DNA from: Bryobacterales bacterium
GTDB lineage: Bacteria; Acidobacteriota; Terriglobia; Bryobacterales; UBA6623
Assembly (NCBI GenBank): GCA_963422375.2
Contig: OY729428.2
Span: 1,216,001 to 1,280,000 of the forward strand
Length of the DNA stretch: 64,000 nt
Direction of reading: 5' to 3'
Shown here: one piece after another, positions 1-10,121 of the stretch
Layout of the letters: every line of letters begins with the position of its first letter
How positions within the stretch are numbered: position 1 is the first letter of the stretch
The notes under the pieces: model-generated
What the model saw: only the letters and a program-made list of their open reading frames with translations
Told to the model about the DNA's origin: nothing
The model's database searches: none
Position numbers and translations under genes: made by a program

Positions 1-3000
1 CCGCAGCTCGTCGTCGCGACCGACGAACCGGGCCGGAGCCTCGCCGTCCGCGAGTGCTCCCCGCACCCAGTAGAACCTGCCGACGTTCTCCTCGGTCTGA
101 CGGTACCGGGACATTCCGACGCCAAGGACGGTCTTGCGGATGACTTTCCCCGCTCGGCTGAATTCGTGAAAGCGGGAGACTCTCTGAACCAGGACATTCT
201 CGTGGACGGGGCCCTCGATCTCGACGACCCGGTCCACGATCTCGCGGAGCGCGGAGCTGTAGCCGGCGCTGTAGAACGCTTCCGGATCGGGTGTCACGTC
301 GAGGTCGCCAAGGCTCGCCCTGACGTACCGGTGCCCGTCCGCGACCGCCTCCCAGTCTGAGCCTTGCGGCGGGAATCGGACCGCCGCCGGGTCGGTTGCA
401 TCGGCTGCGTCGTCCGCTCCGGCGGATTCCGCTGGCGCGTCCCGCGAACCTTCGTCGCGGTCTTGCGGTTCCGGCGTTTCGAGAGCCGCCCGCCGGTCGT
501 CCTCCAGAGCCCCCTCGAGGGACTCGTGCAGTCTCTCGGCCGCGCGGACCTTGTTGGCCCACCAATCGACCGACCATGCGCGGAACAGCGTCCACCCGAG
601 TTCCCGGAGCACGGAATCGCGGATCTTGTCTCGCTCGCACGCCACGCGCGAACTCTGGTACATTTCGCCGTCGCACTCGATGCCGGCAAGGAACCGCTCG
701 GGGTGGTCCGGGTGGACCACCCCCAAGTCGATCCGATAGCTGGAGACGCCCACCCGGTGACGGACGGACCATCCTCTTTTTCCTAGCTCGTCGGCAATCG
801 CGCTCTCGAAAGCGGAACCGGACTCGCGGCCAAATTCGCGCCTCGACGCTCCCATGGCCGCCGGGCCTCGCTCGGCGTACTCCAGGAAATGCTTCAGGTC
901 CCTGACCGCATTCGCATGGCTCCTGGAGAGGTCGATATCCGCCGGGTCGAGGCTCGAGAACACGATCATCTCGGACCGGGCCCGCGTCATGGCAACGTTC
1001 AGCCGTCGCTCGCTTCCGGTCCGGTTGAGCGGGCCGAAGTTCATCGATACGGTGCCGGACCGGTCCGGTCCGTAGGTGACGCTGAACAGGATGACGTCCC
1101 GCTCGTCCCCCTGCACCGTTTCCAGGTTCTTGACGAAAATCGGCTCGACGAGGTTCTCTCCCGACAGCGCGTCGTCCAGCGTCTGGCTGCCCGCCCGAGC
1201 CCGGTCGAGCAGGTCTTCGATCAGGCCCTGCTGCTCGGAATTGAACGTCACGACCCCGATCGACAGGTCGCGCACGGCCGGATTCCTATGGGTCACCCGC
1301 CGCGCTATCTCCGCTACGACGGCTTCGGCCTCGACTCTGTTGCAGCGCGATCCTCCCCGCTCGTAGACGCCGTTCGAGCGGACCAGGCGCACTCCATGGC
1401 TGGCCAGGCCGGGATGGGGAAACGTCGTCAGGCCGCTGTCGTAGTACCGAGCGTTGGAGAACGCGATGAGTCCCTCCCGGCGGGAGCGGTAATGGAGATT
1501 CAGCTGCCTCGTCGGAATGCCCGCGGCCAGCATCTCGTCGAGAATGCTCTCGAGATCCTCGTCGGTGTCGTAGTCGACGCCCGAGTCGGAGCCCCGCGCG
1601 AAGAACTGGGTCGGGGGCATCTGCTTGGGGTCACCGACGACGATGGCCTGCTTCCCCCGGGCGAGCGAGCCGACGGCTTCCCAAGGCGTGATCTGGGACG
1701 CCTCGTCGAAAATCACCACGTCGAACAGCGCTTGGTCCGCCGACAGGTACTGCGCGATGGAGAGCGGGGACATCATGAAGCAGGGCGCGAGCGCGGTCAC
1801 GGCGGTGGGAGCCTCCTGGAGCAGCTGCCGGACGGGCTTGTGCCGCGTCTTCTTGGCCACTTCCTTCCGGATCACGCCCCACTCGGAGGCGTGTCCCTGC
1901 TGTTCCTTCTCTCGCAGCGCGCTTGCGAGGGCCTGCCTGACCCACCTTGCCGTGAGACTCCGGAACTCGGACTCTGATTCCCGGAAACTCGCGACCTGGG
2001 CCTCGTGCCAAGGCCCGGACAGCGTGCGCAGGACCGAGTCGTTGTCGATGACGGCCGCCGACCACCATGCGTGATACGCGGCCTCGAAGGCGGGCGCCAC
2101 CTCGCCGATGGCGATGCGACCGCTCTCGACAGCGGCCACCAAGGGGTAAAGCCCTGAATCCACCGTCCGGTACTTCGCCGCCAGCCAGCCGCACCAGATC
2201 TTGAGGTCCGCGCTTGCGGCCGCCAAGGCCGCGGCAGCCTGCCTTACGCGGTCCAGCACATCCGGCTTGGATCCGAGCTTGTCGAGCGGCGAAATCCCGG
2301 CGCACTCTTCGAATTCCTCGCTGGCGCGGCGGACCGCATCGAGCGCGTCCCTGCACTGCGATGCGGCCCGCTCCATCGCCTCGCCCGGCCTGAGCTGGCG
2401 ATCGCGGTTCGCGAGGACCTCCCGCACGGCCTCGCGAACCCTCCGCAGCCCGGCGTGCGGCCCCGCGAGTCTCCTCGTGACCTCGCGCAGGCAACGGCCG
2501 TGCTCGCCAGCAGCCCCTGTCACCTCGGGATCGGTATCGTGGCCCTGCCAGAACGGTAGGGGCCGTAGCGTGCTGTCCAGCCCGTCGATGGCCCTGCCTT
2601 CCGTCCGCAGTACGGCGAGCGTCTTGGCGTCGCAGGGAACGTCGGGCTTCCCCAGCGCACCGAGCCTCCGCATCTCGCGCTTGATGCGCCCGCGCTCGAA
2701 GGCCCTCCCGGGCCAGAGCCTCGCGTTGGCCTCCGTCCAGCGCTCGGCGATCTCCCGGCCATCCAATCTGCGCCACGCGAACGCTGCGTAGGTGCAGCTC
2801 AGCGAGCTATGCGCAGCCGCGTACGTCCTCAAGCGGATCGTGGCCTCGTCGAGCGCTTCGACGAGTCCCTGTCCACCGGACGTCAGCGCGTAAGATCCCG
2901 GCTTGCCGTGGGATGTGACAAGCAGTTCCGCTAGTTCGCCCAACGAACGAAGCCGCGACGAAGTGCGATCCGGCAGGACCAAGCGAATGGCCTCGCCGAA

Positions 3001-5721
3001 CGAGTCGCAAGCGAGATTCGCATCGAGGGCGGCCTGCTCGAGTCGCTCGGCGCGCTCGACCAGCGTGCGCTGCCAGCCGGGGCTCCATTCGTGATGCGTG
3101 ACCAACCCAAGAGGGCTTGCGGGGATCTGGCCGACACTCTCGCCGAAGACGTGCAGGCGGCCAACCAAGGTGCGCAGCGCTTCGAGGTCCGCCCCGTCGT
3201 GCTGGTCGGCGGAGGGCCAAGAGAGACTGAACTTGGATGCAAGCTCCTCGTCGCGAATCTTGATCCCCATCGCTAGGAACGGGGTCAGCCCGCTGCGGCC
3301 TGCGGTATGCAGATGCGCGACAACTTCGTTGAGGTGGTCGCGTCGTTTTCGAAGCGCGTCCGCGCGAGCGGTCCAATCGCTGGCCGCTTCCGCTTCCCTC
3401 GATTCAAGCACCCTGCTGAGTTGGTTCAAGACATCGGTTTTTCTCGCCTTGTTGGAATGCAGCTCGAGACAGAATTGCCCTATTCCGATCTCCTCCAGCC
3501 TGCGATACACGACTTCCAGCGCCGCCGTTTTCTCCGAGACGAATAGAACAGTCTTTCCCTTGCCGAGGAAATGCGTGATCATGTTGGCGATGGTCTGGCT
3601 CTTGCCCGTGCCGGGCGGGCCGATCACAACGAAGTCCTTCCCGCGGTCGGCCGTCGCGATGGCGGCAAGCTGCGACGAGTCCGCTAGGAGCGGAGCGAGG
3701 AGATCGGAGGGCGCATGCTCTCGGTCGACGTCCTGAGGCTCGACAAACTGGACAGCGGACGGGAAGGGCTCCCCGGGGCAGTCGATCAGGTGGCGCACGA
3801 CAGCGTTGCGACGGAGGGAGTCGGCGCGGTCGGCGAGATCCTTCCACATCAGGTATTTCGCGAACGAGAAGTTCCCGAGAACGACCTCGTCGACCACGGT
3901 GAATCCAGGAACATCCTTGAGCGCTATCCGCGCGTCTCTCAAGACGCGCTCGACATCGCCGCCGTCGGCTGCCGACATAAGCTTCCCGGAGACCGCGGCC
4001 AGGTCCACCCCGAAATCCCTTCGGAGCATCTCTACCAACGTCGGGTTGAAGCGCGGCTCGTCGTCGTGGGCCGCGATTCGGAATGCGCTGCGGACGGAGG
4101 TCCTCCGCATGGTCACGGGGACCAGGACCAGCGGGGCCCGGTATCGGCGGCGGTCTCTGGTGTTCCTGTTCCAGAGCAGGAAGCCGAGAGCGAGGAAGAG
4201 AGTGTTGGAACCGCCCTCGAGCAGCGAACTCCGGGCGGCGCGGTACACGGTCACGGCGCGGGCCTTCAGCTCGTCCGGCGGAAGATGGACGACCGCCCGG
4301 CCCTGCGCCAGCTCGCTGCGGGCGTACTCCCGGAAGATCGACTCCCCCGTCCTGTCGCGATGGATCTCCTCGTCCTGCCCGGTCGCCGGCAAGGGCTTGA
4401 GCCTGATCCGCCCTCCGCTGGTCAGAACGGCCGCTAGGCGGCCCGGTTCGTCGCAGACAAGCTGCAGGCTGGACTTGGCCGCCCGGTGGTTCAGCAGGCG
4501 GTTGGCGAGCGTCAGGTCGAGCAGCTTCCTGTGCCACTGCTCCAGCCGGCCGACAGGAGCCTGCGAAGTCCCGTCAACGCGCTCCGGGCCGTCGAAGTCC
4601 GGAAGAGCCGGGGCCTCCTCGAAGGCATCCGCAGCGGACGGCGGGACGGGGGGCGGTTGCGGCACCCGCGACTCCAGCGTCAGCCCCAAGGGCGTGATGC
4701 GATGAGCCCTCGCCCTGCTGATATCGACAGCGACGAGATGCGTCTCTTCCGAATCCGGGCCGTACTTGAGCAGCGCCTCCTCGCACGCCTTGGAGAACGG
4801 AGGCGCGGGCGCCGAAGTCACGAGCGTGGTCTCCACGAGCAGCAATTCGTCGAGGTCGACGCGCTTCCGCACCGCGTCCTGCTCGTCGACGACGATCGAC
4901 GCGAAGGAGGCGGGCTGGAGCCAGACTCCCGCCAGCGCGTGGCCCTTGCGCCACGCGATGATCGGATGGAGACCGGCCTGCTCGCATGTCGCTGCGAAGA
5001 GCACGGCGAGATCGAGGCAGGTGCCCACGCCTCCTTCCGCGATCCGGCTGGGGAAGCGTATCTTCTGGCCGTCTCGTTCGAAGCTGGCGGGAGGCAGGAC
5101 ATAGGCGAGCCCGAGCCCGGCAATTGCGGAGTAGATCGCGGACGCGATCTCCCAGACGTGTCGGCGGTTGCCGGTCTCGTATCCGTCGACCGGGCCCTTG
5201 CCCGCCTCGCGGAGGGTCTCGCCCGCGCTGCGAAGGATGCGATCGATTGCCGGGTCGTTGGGCATCACGAACGCGGCCAGCAGTTCCGGCATGAAGCCCC
5301 CGCCTCCCCATTCGTTGCACGCGAGCAACTCCACCTGCCGCGACCACTCGCCCAGCACCGCGCCGTCGCTCCCGGCGCGGAAAGTAACGGTGCCTCGAAG
5401 CGACTCGGCAAGGTCGCGCAGCAGCGCGCCGTCAACCGCGAGGTCGCGGCCACGGACCGTCACCCCCTGCAGAGGCTCGATCCGGTCCAGGAGCCATTCC
5501 TTCCGGCGCACGAACGGCGGATTGGCTTCGAGCGTCAGGGTCAGCCCGTCGATCGCATCGTGCGCCTGCAGATTCTCGACGGCTAGATCGCGGACCAGAG
5601 GATGAGCGCACTGATGTGCAGCGAAATTCAGTTTCGCCGCCAGCTCCGCGTGAATTCTTACCTTGCCTCCGCCTTCGAGCACGATTGCTTCCTCGGAATT
5701 CGCTCCAGAGCCGAATTCCAT
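1..5721 (-). CDS. DUF4011/SF1 helicase/Vsr-like endonuclease/DUF3320 multidomain protein (Hhe-type anti-phage protein), 3' end beyond window
   Basis: Manual minus-strand translation of sampled segments, all in one frame from ATG 5721 (MEFGSGANSEE...) to position 1; not every codon was checked. Motifs: GTCLDLAVLF...GHALAGVWL (transglutaminase-like), LEQWHRKLLDLTLANRLLN and EGGSNTLFLALGFL (DUF4011), Walker A GPPGTGKSQT, FDVVIFDEASQI, GDPKQMPP, HYRS, RLNVAMTRAR, RIDLGVVHP...AGIECDG (Vsr-like). Missing from the ORF track, presumably because no stop lies in the window. Confidence 0.9.
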   Translation of the reverse strand, partial: MEFGSGANSEEAIVLEGGGKVRIHAELAAKLNFAAHQCAHPLVRDLAVENLQAHDAIDGLTLTLEANPPFVRRKEWLLDRIEPLQGVTVRGRDLAVDGALLRDLAESLRGTVTFRAGSDGAVLGEWSRQVELLACNEWGGGGFMPELLAAFVMPNDPAIDRILRSAGETLREAGKGPVDGYETGNRRHVWEIASAIYSAIAGLGLAYVLPPASFERDGQKIRFPSRIAEGGVGTCLDLAVLFAATCEQAGLHPIIAWRKGHALAGVWLQPASFASIVVDEQDAVRKRVDLDELLLVETTLVTSAPAPPFSKACEEALLKYGPDSEETHLVAVDISRARAHRITPLGLTLESRVPQPPPVPPSAADAFEEAPALPDFDGPERVDGTSQAPVGRLEQWHRKLLDLTLANRLLNHRAAKSSLQLVCDEPGRLAAVLTSGGRIRLKPLPATGQDEEIHRDRTGESIFREYARSELAQGRAVVHLPPDELKARAVTVYRAARSSLLEGGSNTLFLALGFLLWNRNTRDRRRYRAPLVLVPVTMRRTSVRSAFRIAAHDDEPRFNPTLVEMLRRDFGVDLAAVSGKLMSAADGGDVERVLRDARIALKDVPGFTVVDEVVLGNFSFAKYLMWKDLADRADSLRRNAVVRHLIDCPGEPFPSAVQFVEPQDVDREHAPSDLLAPLLADSSQLAAIATADRGKDFVVIGPPGTGKSQTIANMITHFLGKGKTVLFVSEKTAALEVVYRRLEEIGIGQFCLELHSNKARKTDVLNQLSRVLESREAEAASDWTARADALRKRRDHLNEVVAHLHTAGRSGLTPFLAMGIKIRDEELASKFSLSWPSADQHDGADLEALRTLVGRLHVFGESVGQIPASPLGLVTHHEWSPGWQRTLVERAERLEQAALDANLACDSFGEAIRLVLPDRTSSRLRSLGELAELLVTSHGKPGSYALTSGGQGLVEALDEATIRLRTYAAAHSSLSCTYAAFAWRRLDGREIAERWTEANARLWPGRAFERGRIKREMRRLGALGKPDVPCDAKTLAVLRTEGRAIDGLDSTLRPLPFWQGHDTDPEVTGAAGEHGRCLREVTRRLAGPHAGLRRVREAVREVLANRDRQLRPGEAMERAASQCRDALDAVRRASEEFEECAGISPLDKLGSKPDVLDRVRQAAAALAAASADLKIWCGWLAAKYRTVDSGLYPLVAAVESGRIAIGEVAPAFEAAYHAWWSAAVIDNDSVLRTLSGPWHEAQVASFRESESEFRSLTARWVRQALASALREKEQQGHASEWGVIRKEVAKKTRHKPVRQLLQEAPTAVTALAPCFMMSPLSIAQYLSADQALFDVVIFDEASQITPWEAVGSLARGKQAIVVGDPKQMPPTQFFARGSDSGVDYDTDEDLESILDEMLAAGIPTRQLNLHYRSRREGLIAFSNARYYDSGLTTFPHPGLASHGVRLVRSNGVYERGGSRCNRVEAEAVVAEIARRVTHRNPAVRDLSIGVVTFNSEQQGLIEDLLDRARAGSQTLDDALSGENLVEPIFVKNLETVQGDERDVILFSVTYGPDRSGTVSMNFGPLNRTGSERRLNVAMTRARSEMIVFSSLDPADIDLSRSHANAVRDLKHFLEYAERGPAAMGASRREFGRESGSAFESAIADELGKRGWSVRHRVGVSSYRIDLGVVHPDHPERFLAGIECDGEMYQSSRVACERDKIRDSVLRELGWTLFRAWSVDWWANKVRAAERLHESLEGALEDDRRAALETPEPQDRDEGSRDAPAESAGADDAADATDPAAVRFPPQGSDWEAVADGHRYVRASLGDLDVTPDPEAFYSAGYSSALREIVDRVVEIEGPVHENVLVQRVSRFHEFSRAGKVIRKTVLGVGMSRYRQTEENVGRFYWVRGALADGEAPARFVGRDDELR

Positions 5722-6640
5722 GCTGGCATACCGCGATCCGCTGGTCAATGCGGCCGATTTCGGCGGGCGTCTTGCCGGATCGCCTCCGGACTCAGCGCAG
5801 TTCCCGCAGGAACGGTAGGATTACTGCGACAGGAGTTTCAAGAGCCTGCTTGTTGCTGCCTGCAGGCGTTCTTCTCAGACGAATCCACCGGACTGAGGCA
5901 CCGGAACAAGCCGGAAATTACCGCCTGATCACTACGCAAGAAGGAAGCGTGTCAATCACCTAGAGTTCGCAAACCGGCGTGTCTCCGGCACGATATCTGA
6001 GCCAAGTCATGGTTAGGTTCTTCGGATAGGTCGACCAAGCCTTCGGGAATCGAGCCGCTCTAGGGATGTCTCTTGCAAGGAATCCAAGAATAATTCCCTG
6101 GGAAATTCCTCGTAGTATGGCTGCTCTCACTTCGCTGATGTCAGTGATCCAAGATCTGTTGAATTGTCGGTCCGCAATGCTGGAATTCAATCAACCCATT
6201 GCAAGCTTGTCGTGTCACCTCGATTTAGCAGATTCCACCCGTATCTTGTGCGCACCAAGCGGGCTTCGGCCCTTCGCCGACCGAGCGTTCTCCGGGGCGT
6301 CGTTCCCAAGTCGCGGCTGACACTGATTCCATGAGCGCGAGGCCGGTGGTCGGAGGCTTGCCTACCCAGCAGGTGCCCGCGCCCGGGTCCGGTCGGAGGC
6401 TGGTCTCGCGCATCTTGCAGGCAGCGATCATCCCGCGGGCCAGCGGGGATCCGGGGCTCACCCGTTTTCCGGCACGTGTGATTGGCCGAGGCCCGCGTCG
6501 CTTGCGGACGCAGGCCGCGACCGCCACTCGGGCTGTTGCCCGTCCGAGCGACGGTCCAGTACGCACCGGCTGGTCAGCGAATGCCGACCCGCCGACAGCC
6601 GCGCCCGGCGGGAGCGGCTCGTGACATGCGTCACCCCCGT

Positions 6641-9600
6641 CTAGAATTCGTACCGCAAGCTCAACTGCGTCGCCCGGCCGGGCAGCGTGCTCGTGATCCG
6701 ACCGAACTGGCTGCTCCGCGTGTTCCGCTGGATGCCTCCGAAGTTCGTGTGGTTGGTGGCATTGAAGAAATCCACGCGGAATTCCATCCGGTGCTTCTCG
6801 TTGAGAAAAAGGCTCTTCTGGATTGTCGCGTCCATTCCCGAGAAGCCCGGTCCGTAGATCGCGTTCCGCCCGAGCGTGCCCTGCCGCAAGGACTGCCTGC
6901 TGACATCGTGCCTCGGCACTTGCTCGAACGCCGCGGTGTCTAGGTACTGGTACCTGCCATTCTCCAGGCTCGTTCCGAAGCTGCCCCTGACGGCCGCCGC
7001 GTGGCTCCCGGCTAGGATGTCGGGACGCTGGGCGGGCCCGCTGCTGCCTTGGAAGATGTCGATAGGGTTGCCTGTTCGCAGGGTCAGAATCCCGCCCACC
7101 TGCCAACCTCCCAGAATGGCTCTCCCAGTGCCTCCCAGCCGACCGGGAACCGGAATCTCGTATACGAAGTCGAGCGTGTACCGGTGGCGGATGTGGTATC
7201 GAGTCGCAGCTCGATTATTGGCTAGGTCGTCGAGGCTCCAAGGTTCGATCAAGCAGCAGCTAAGGTCGCCGCTCGAATAGGACATGTTGCTGGCCCATGT
7301 GTAGTTCAAGTTGAACATGAGATTGTCCGAGAACCTCTTCTTCAGCGATGTCTGCAAGCTGTGATAGGTCATCGAGTCGTTGCTCTGATAGAAGCGGAAG
7401 CGGGCCGTGAAGTCTTCGCGAGGCAGCAGACCGGTCACCCTGTCCGGACGGTTGACACGCGGGCTGGTCGTGACCTTGACACCGTGGTTCCCGACGTACG
7501 CGACGTCGAACACCGTGGTGCCGGTTAGCTGGCGCTGCACGCCTAGCGTGTACTGAATGCTGTACGCGTTCCGCCAGTTCGGGTCCACCACGGTTCCTCC
7601 GGAGATTCCGGAAGCTTGCGCGTGCGACTTCGCGCGGTCCGTGCTGAAGGGATAGCTCACGCCGAACTGCGCGATCTGCGCCTGGCTGAAGCCGACCTCC
7701 GCGGGCGAATCCGCTGCGTTGCGCACGATTTCGACCGGGCCGGAGAAAAAGTTGTGCGGCATGACGAATACGCCGGTGCCGCCGCGGACCACGGTCCTGC
7801 CGGAATCACCTAGCTTGTACGCGAAGCCTAGCCGCGGCGAAAACGACGTATACTGCGGATTCCAAGCCTGATCGGGCGGCAAGGTTTCCCCGAAAGGAGT
7901 GATCCGGTTGAAGAATCGGTTGTCGCGCTCACTCGGTACCGCATCGTAGTCCCAGCGGATCCCGACGTTCACCGTGAGGTCCGAAGTGACGCGAATGTCG
8001 TCCTGCAAGAAGAACCCGGTCTGCCAGCGCTTGATCTCGAACGGGTCCAGCCCGAAGTTGAATCTAGCACTGCGCGGCTCGTTAGCGAACAGCTCGCCGA
8101 CTGTCGAGAACTCGAAGTTCGGAGTGTCCTCGATCGCCCGTCGAACGAAGACCAGCTGGAGCAGGCCGCCGAACTTGAGCGCGTGCCTGCCGCGGTTCCA
8201 AGCGAAGTTCTGCTCCCAAGTCGAGGTCGAACCCTTCTTGGCGAAGCGCCTGCCCTGCGAAGGCGAAGGCAATCCCGCGCCGTTGATCTGCGGTATTCCA
8301 GCCAGCAGCATCTGATCCACTCGATCCAAGTCGGCTCGGTTGTATCCGAACCGAGTCTCGGACGTAAGGCTCGGACTCCAGACCCGGTTATAGGTCGAGG
8401 AGACGTTCTCGGTGAGACCGTCGTGCACGCGCGAGTTTCCGACCGCGACCCTGGGGCTCCTCTGGAACGGACGTCCCCGGGTGTATCGCACCGTTAGCAG
8501 GTCGTTGTCGCTGACGGAGTAGTCGCCTCGAACGGACGCCGTGTTGTCCTCGCGCTGGCGAGCGTCCGTCCCGACGAACCCCGAGTCCACGGCTTCCGGC
8601 GAGGCAGGCGGCTCCGTAGGAGCCGGCCACAAGTCCCAATAGGCCTTCGACTCGGGAATCGCGGCGATAGTGCGCTCGCGAACCCAAGTCGACGGTACCG
8701 AGCCGGACAGAGTCTGCTGGGCGTTGTAGCGATAGCCTTCGAACGTTCCGAAGAAGAAAAGCTTGTTGCGCGCTATCGGCCCGCCGATCGACCCGCCGTA
8801 CTGGTGGAAGACCAGGGATGTCTTGCGCGCCAGGATGTGGTTGTTGGCGTTGAGGCCGCCGGCCTGGTACTGCTCGAACGCGCTGCCGTGAAAGTCGTTG
8901 GTTCCGCCCTTCGTGATGATGTTCACGTTCCCGGCCAAGGTGTTGGCGATCTCCGCGGAGAAGATGTTCTTCGAGACCTCGACGCCTTGGACCGCCTCCA
9001 CGCTGACTCCCTTGATGAAGTTGTAGTTCTGGTAGGCGGCGAGCGACGCGAATTCCGAGTCGGGCACCGCGTTGACGCCGTCCACCGCGAAGGTGAAGCC
9101 GCGGGGCGGCAATCCGTTCAACGAGATGGTCAGCCCGTTGCTGGACGCTCCCGTGCCGAGGTCGATGATCGACGTAATGTCGCGGTTCCTCAAGGGTAGG
9201 AAGTCCACCTGCTCGCTGTTGAGGCTGATGTCCTGCTCGGCGCTGGTGGTGTTCAGCAGGGGAGCGTCCGCGGTCACTTCGACCATTTCCGACGTCGCTC
9301 CGATTTCCAGCACGAAGCCGAGATCGGCCTTCTGTCCCGAGGACAGGTTCACGCCCGACTGAACGTGGGTGTTGAAGCCCCCAGCCTCGACGGTGATCGT
9401 GTACGGCCCCACCGGGACGTACGGAACAGTGAACTCGCCGCGCTCGTTCGATTCCGCGGACTTCGCCACGCCGGTGGCTTCGTTCACCGCGCTGACTGCA
9501 GCTCCGGGAATAACCGCACCCGACGGATCGAGAACCCGACCGTAAATTGTCGCGGTCGTCACTTGCGCGAAGCCCGGCGCCGCCAGCAGGGTCGCTAGCG

Positions 9601-9670
9601 CTGCGACCATAAGCGACACGGCCATGCTTTGGGGCATGGCCGTCGATCCGCGTAAAACAGACTCTTGCAT
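6641..9670 (-). CDS. TonB-dependent receptor (Oar-like) with N-terminal carboxypeptidase-regulatory-like domain
   Basis: Signal peptide, GRVLDPSGAVIPGA, ITKGGTNDFHGS, FSPRLGFAY, C-terminal QLSLRYEF; GAGGAGG SD before ATG 9670. Confidence 0.9.
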   Translation of the reverse strand: MQESVLRGSTAMPQSMAVSLMVAALATLLAAPGFAQVTTATIYGRVLDPSGAVIPGAAVSAVNEATGVAKSAESNERGEFTVPYVPVGPYTITVEAGGFNTHVQSGVNLSSGQKADLGFVLEIGATSEMVEVTADAPLLNTTSAEQDISLNSEQVDFLPLRNRDITSIIDLGTGASSNGLTISLNGLPPRGFTFAVDGVNAVPDSEFASLAAYQNYNFIKGVSVEAVQGVEVSKNIFSAEIANTLAGNVNIITKGGTNDFHGSAFEQYQAGGLNANNHILARKTSLVFHQYGGSIGGPIARNKLFFFGTFEGYRYNAQQTLSGSVPSTWVRERTIAAIPESKAYWDLWPAPTEPPASPEAVDSGFVGTDARQREDNTASVRGDYSVSDNDLLTVRYTRGRPFQRSPRVAVGNSRVHDGLTENVSSTYNRVWSPSLTSETRFGYNRADLDRVDQMLLAGIPQINGAGLPSPSQGRRFAKKGSTSTWEQNFAWNRGRHALKFGGLLQLVFVRRAIEDTPNFEFSTVGELFANEPRSARFNFGLDPFEIKRWQTGFFLQDDIRVTSDLTVNVGIRWDYDAVPSERDNRFFNRITPFGETLPPDQAWNPQYTSFSPRLGFAYKLGDSGRTVVRGGTGVFVMPHNFFSGPVEIVRNAADSPAEVGFSQAQIAQFGVSYPFSTDRAKSHAQASGISGGTVVDPNWRNAYSIQYTLGVQRQLTGTTVFDVAYVGNHGVKVTTSPRVNRPDRVTGLLPREDFTARFRFYQSNDSMTYHSLQTSLKKRFSDNLMFNLNYTWASNMSYSSGDLSCCLIEPWSLDDLANNRAATRYHIRHRYTLDFVYEIPVPGRLGGTGRAILGGWQVGGILTLRTGNPIDIFQGSSGPAQRPDILAGSHAAAVRGSFGTSLENGRYQYLDTAAFEQVPRHDVSRQSLRQGTLGRNAIYGPGFSGMDATIQKSLFLNEKHRMEFRVDFFNATNHTNFGGIQRNTRSSQFGRITSTLPGRATQLSLRYEF

Positions 9671-10121
9671 CTCATCCTCCTCGATGCGCGATCCAACGCC
9701 ACTTCCGACGGTGGCAATCACGACGCATACCCGGAGCGGCAGGCACCTAGCGCGATCCTTCCCAACAGCGGACGAAGCAGACTCGCAGTACACTGCACTA
9801 GAGTCCGTGCAGGATGTCAAGCGCTTTCTTGGGACTTCGGGCCCTACCCAGCCACGGCGGCCTCCGACGATCACCTTGCTAGCGCGTGATCCGGGGCCTT
9901 TCGGCGTCGATCAAGCCCTGCAGGACATCCCCGAGGCGCTCCTTCTTTCGCCTCGCAGTTGAATTCAGCGCAGCGAGCTGTTGCGCGCTCGAGGGCGGGC
10001 CGTCCAGCACGACACATCCCTTCTTGCCGGGCAAGTCTCTAGGAACGCCGCCGACGCGCTCGACCCCAGGCAGGGCAGGCCTCGGTCGGTCGGCCTGTCC
10101 CAGACGTAGGACAATGGGGGC

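Noticed and set aside
166..5605. Many 100-380 aa ORFs in the track (e.g. 889..1977+, 4486..5586+, 1631..2776-)
   Set aside because: They are antisense or off-frame shadows of the single large minus-strand helicase gene.
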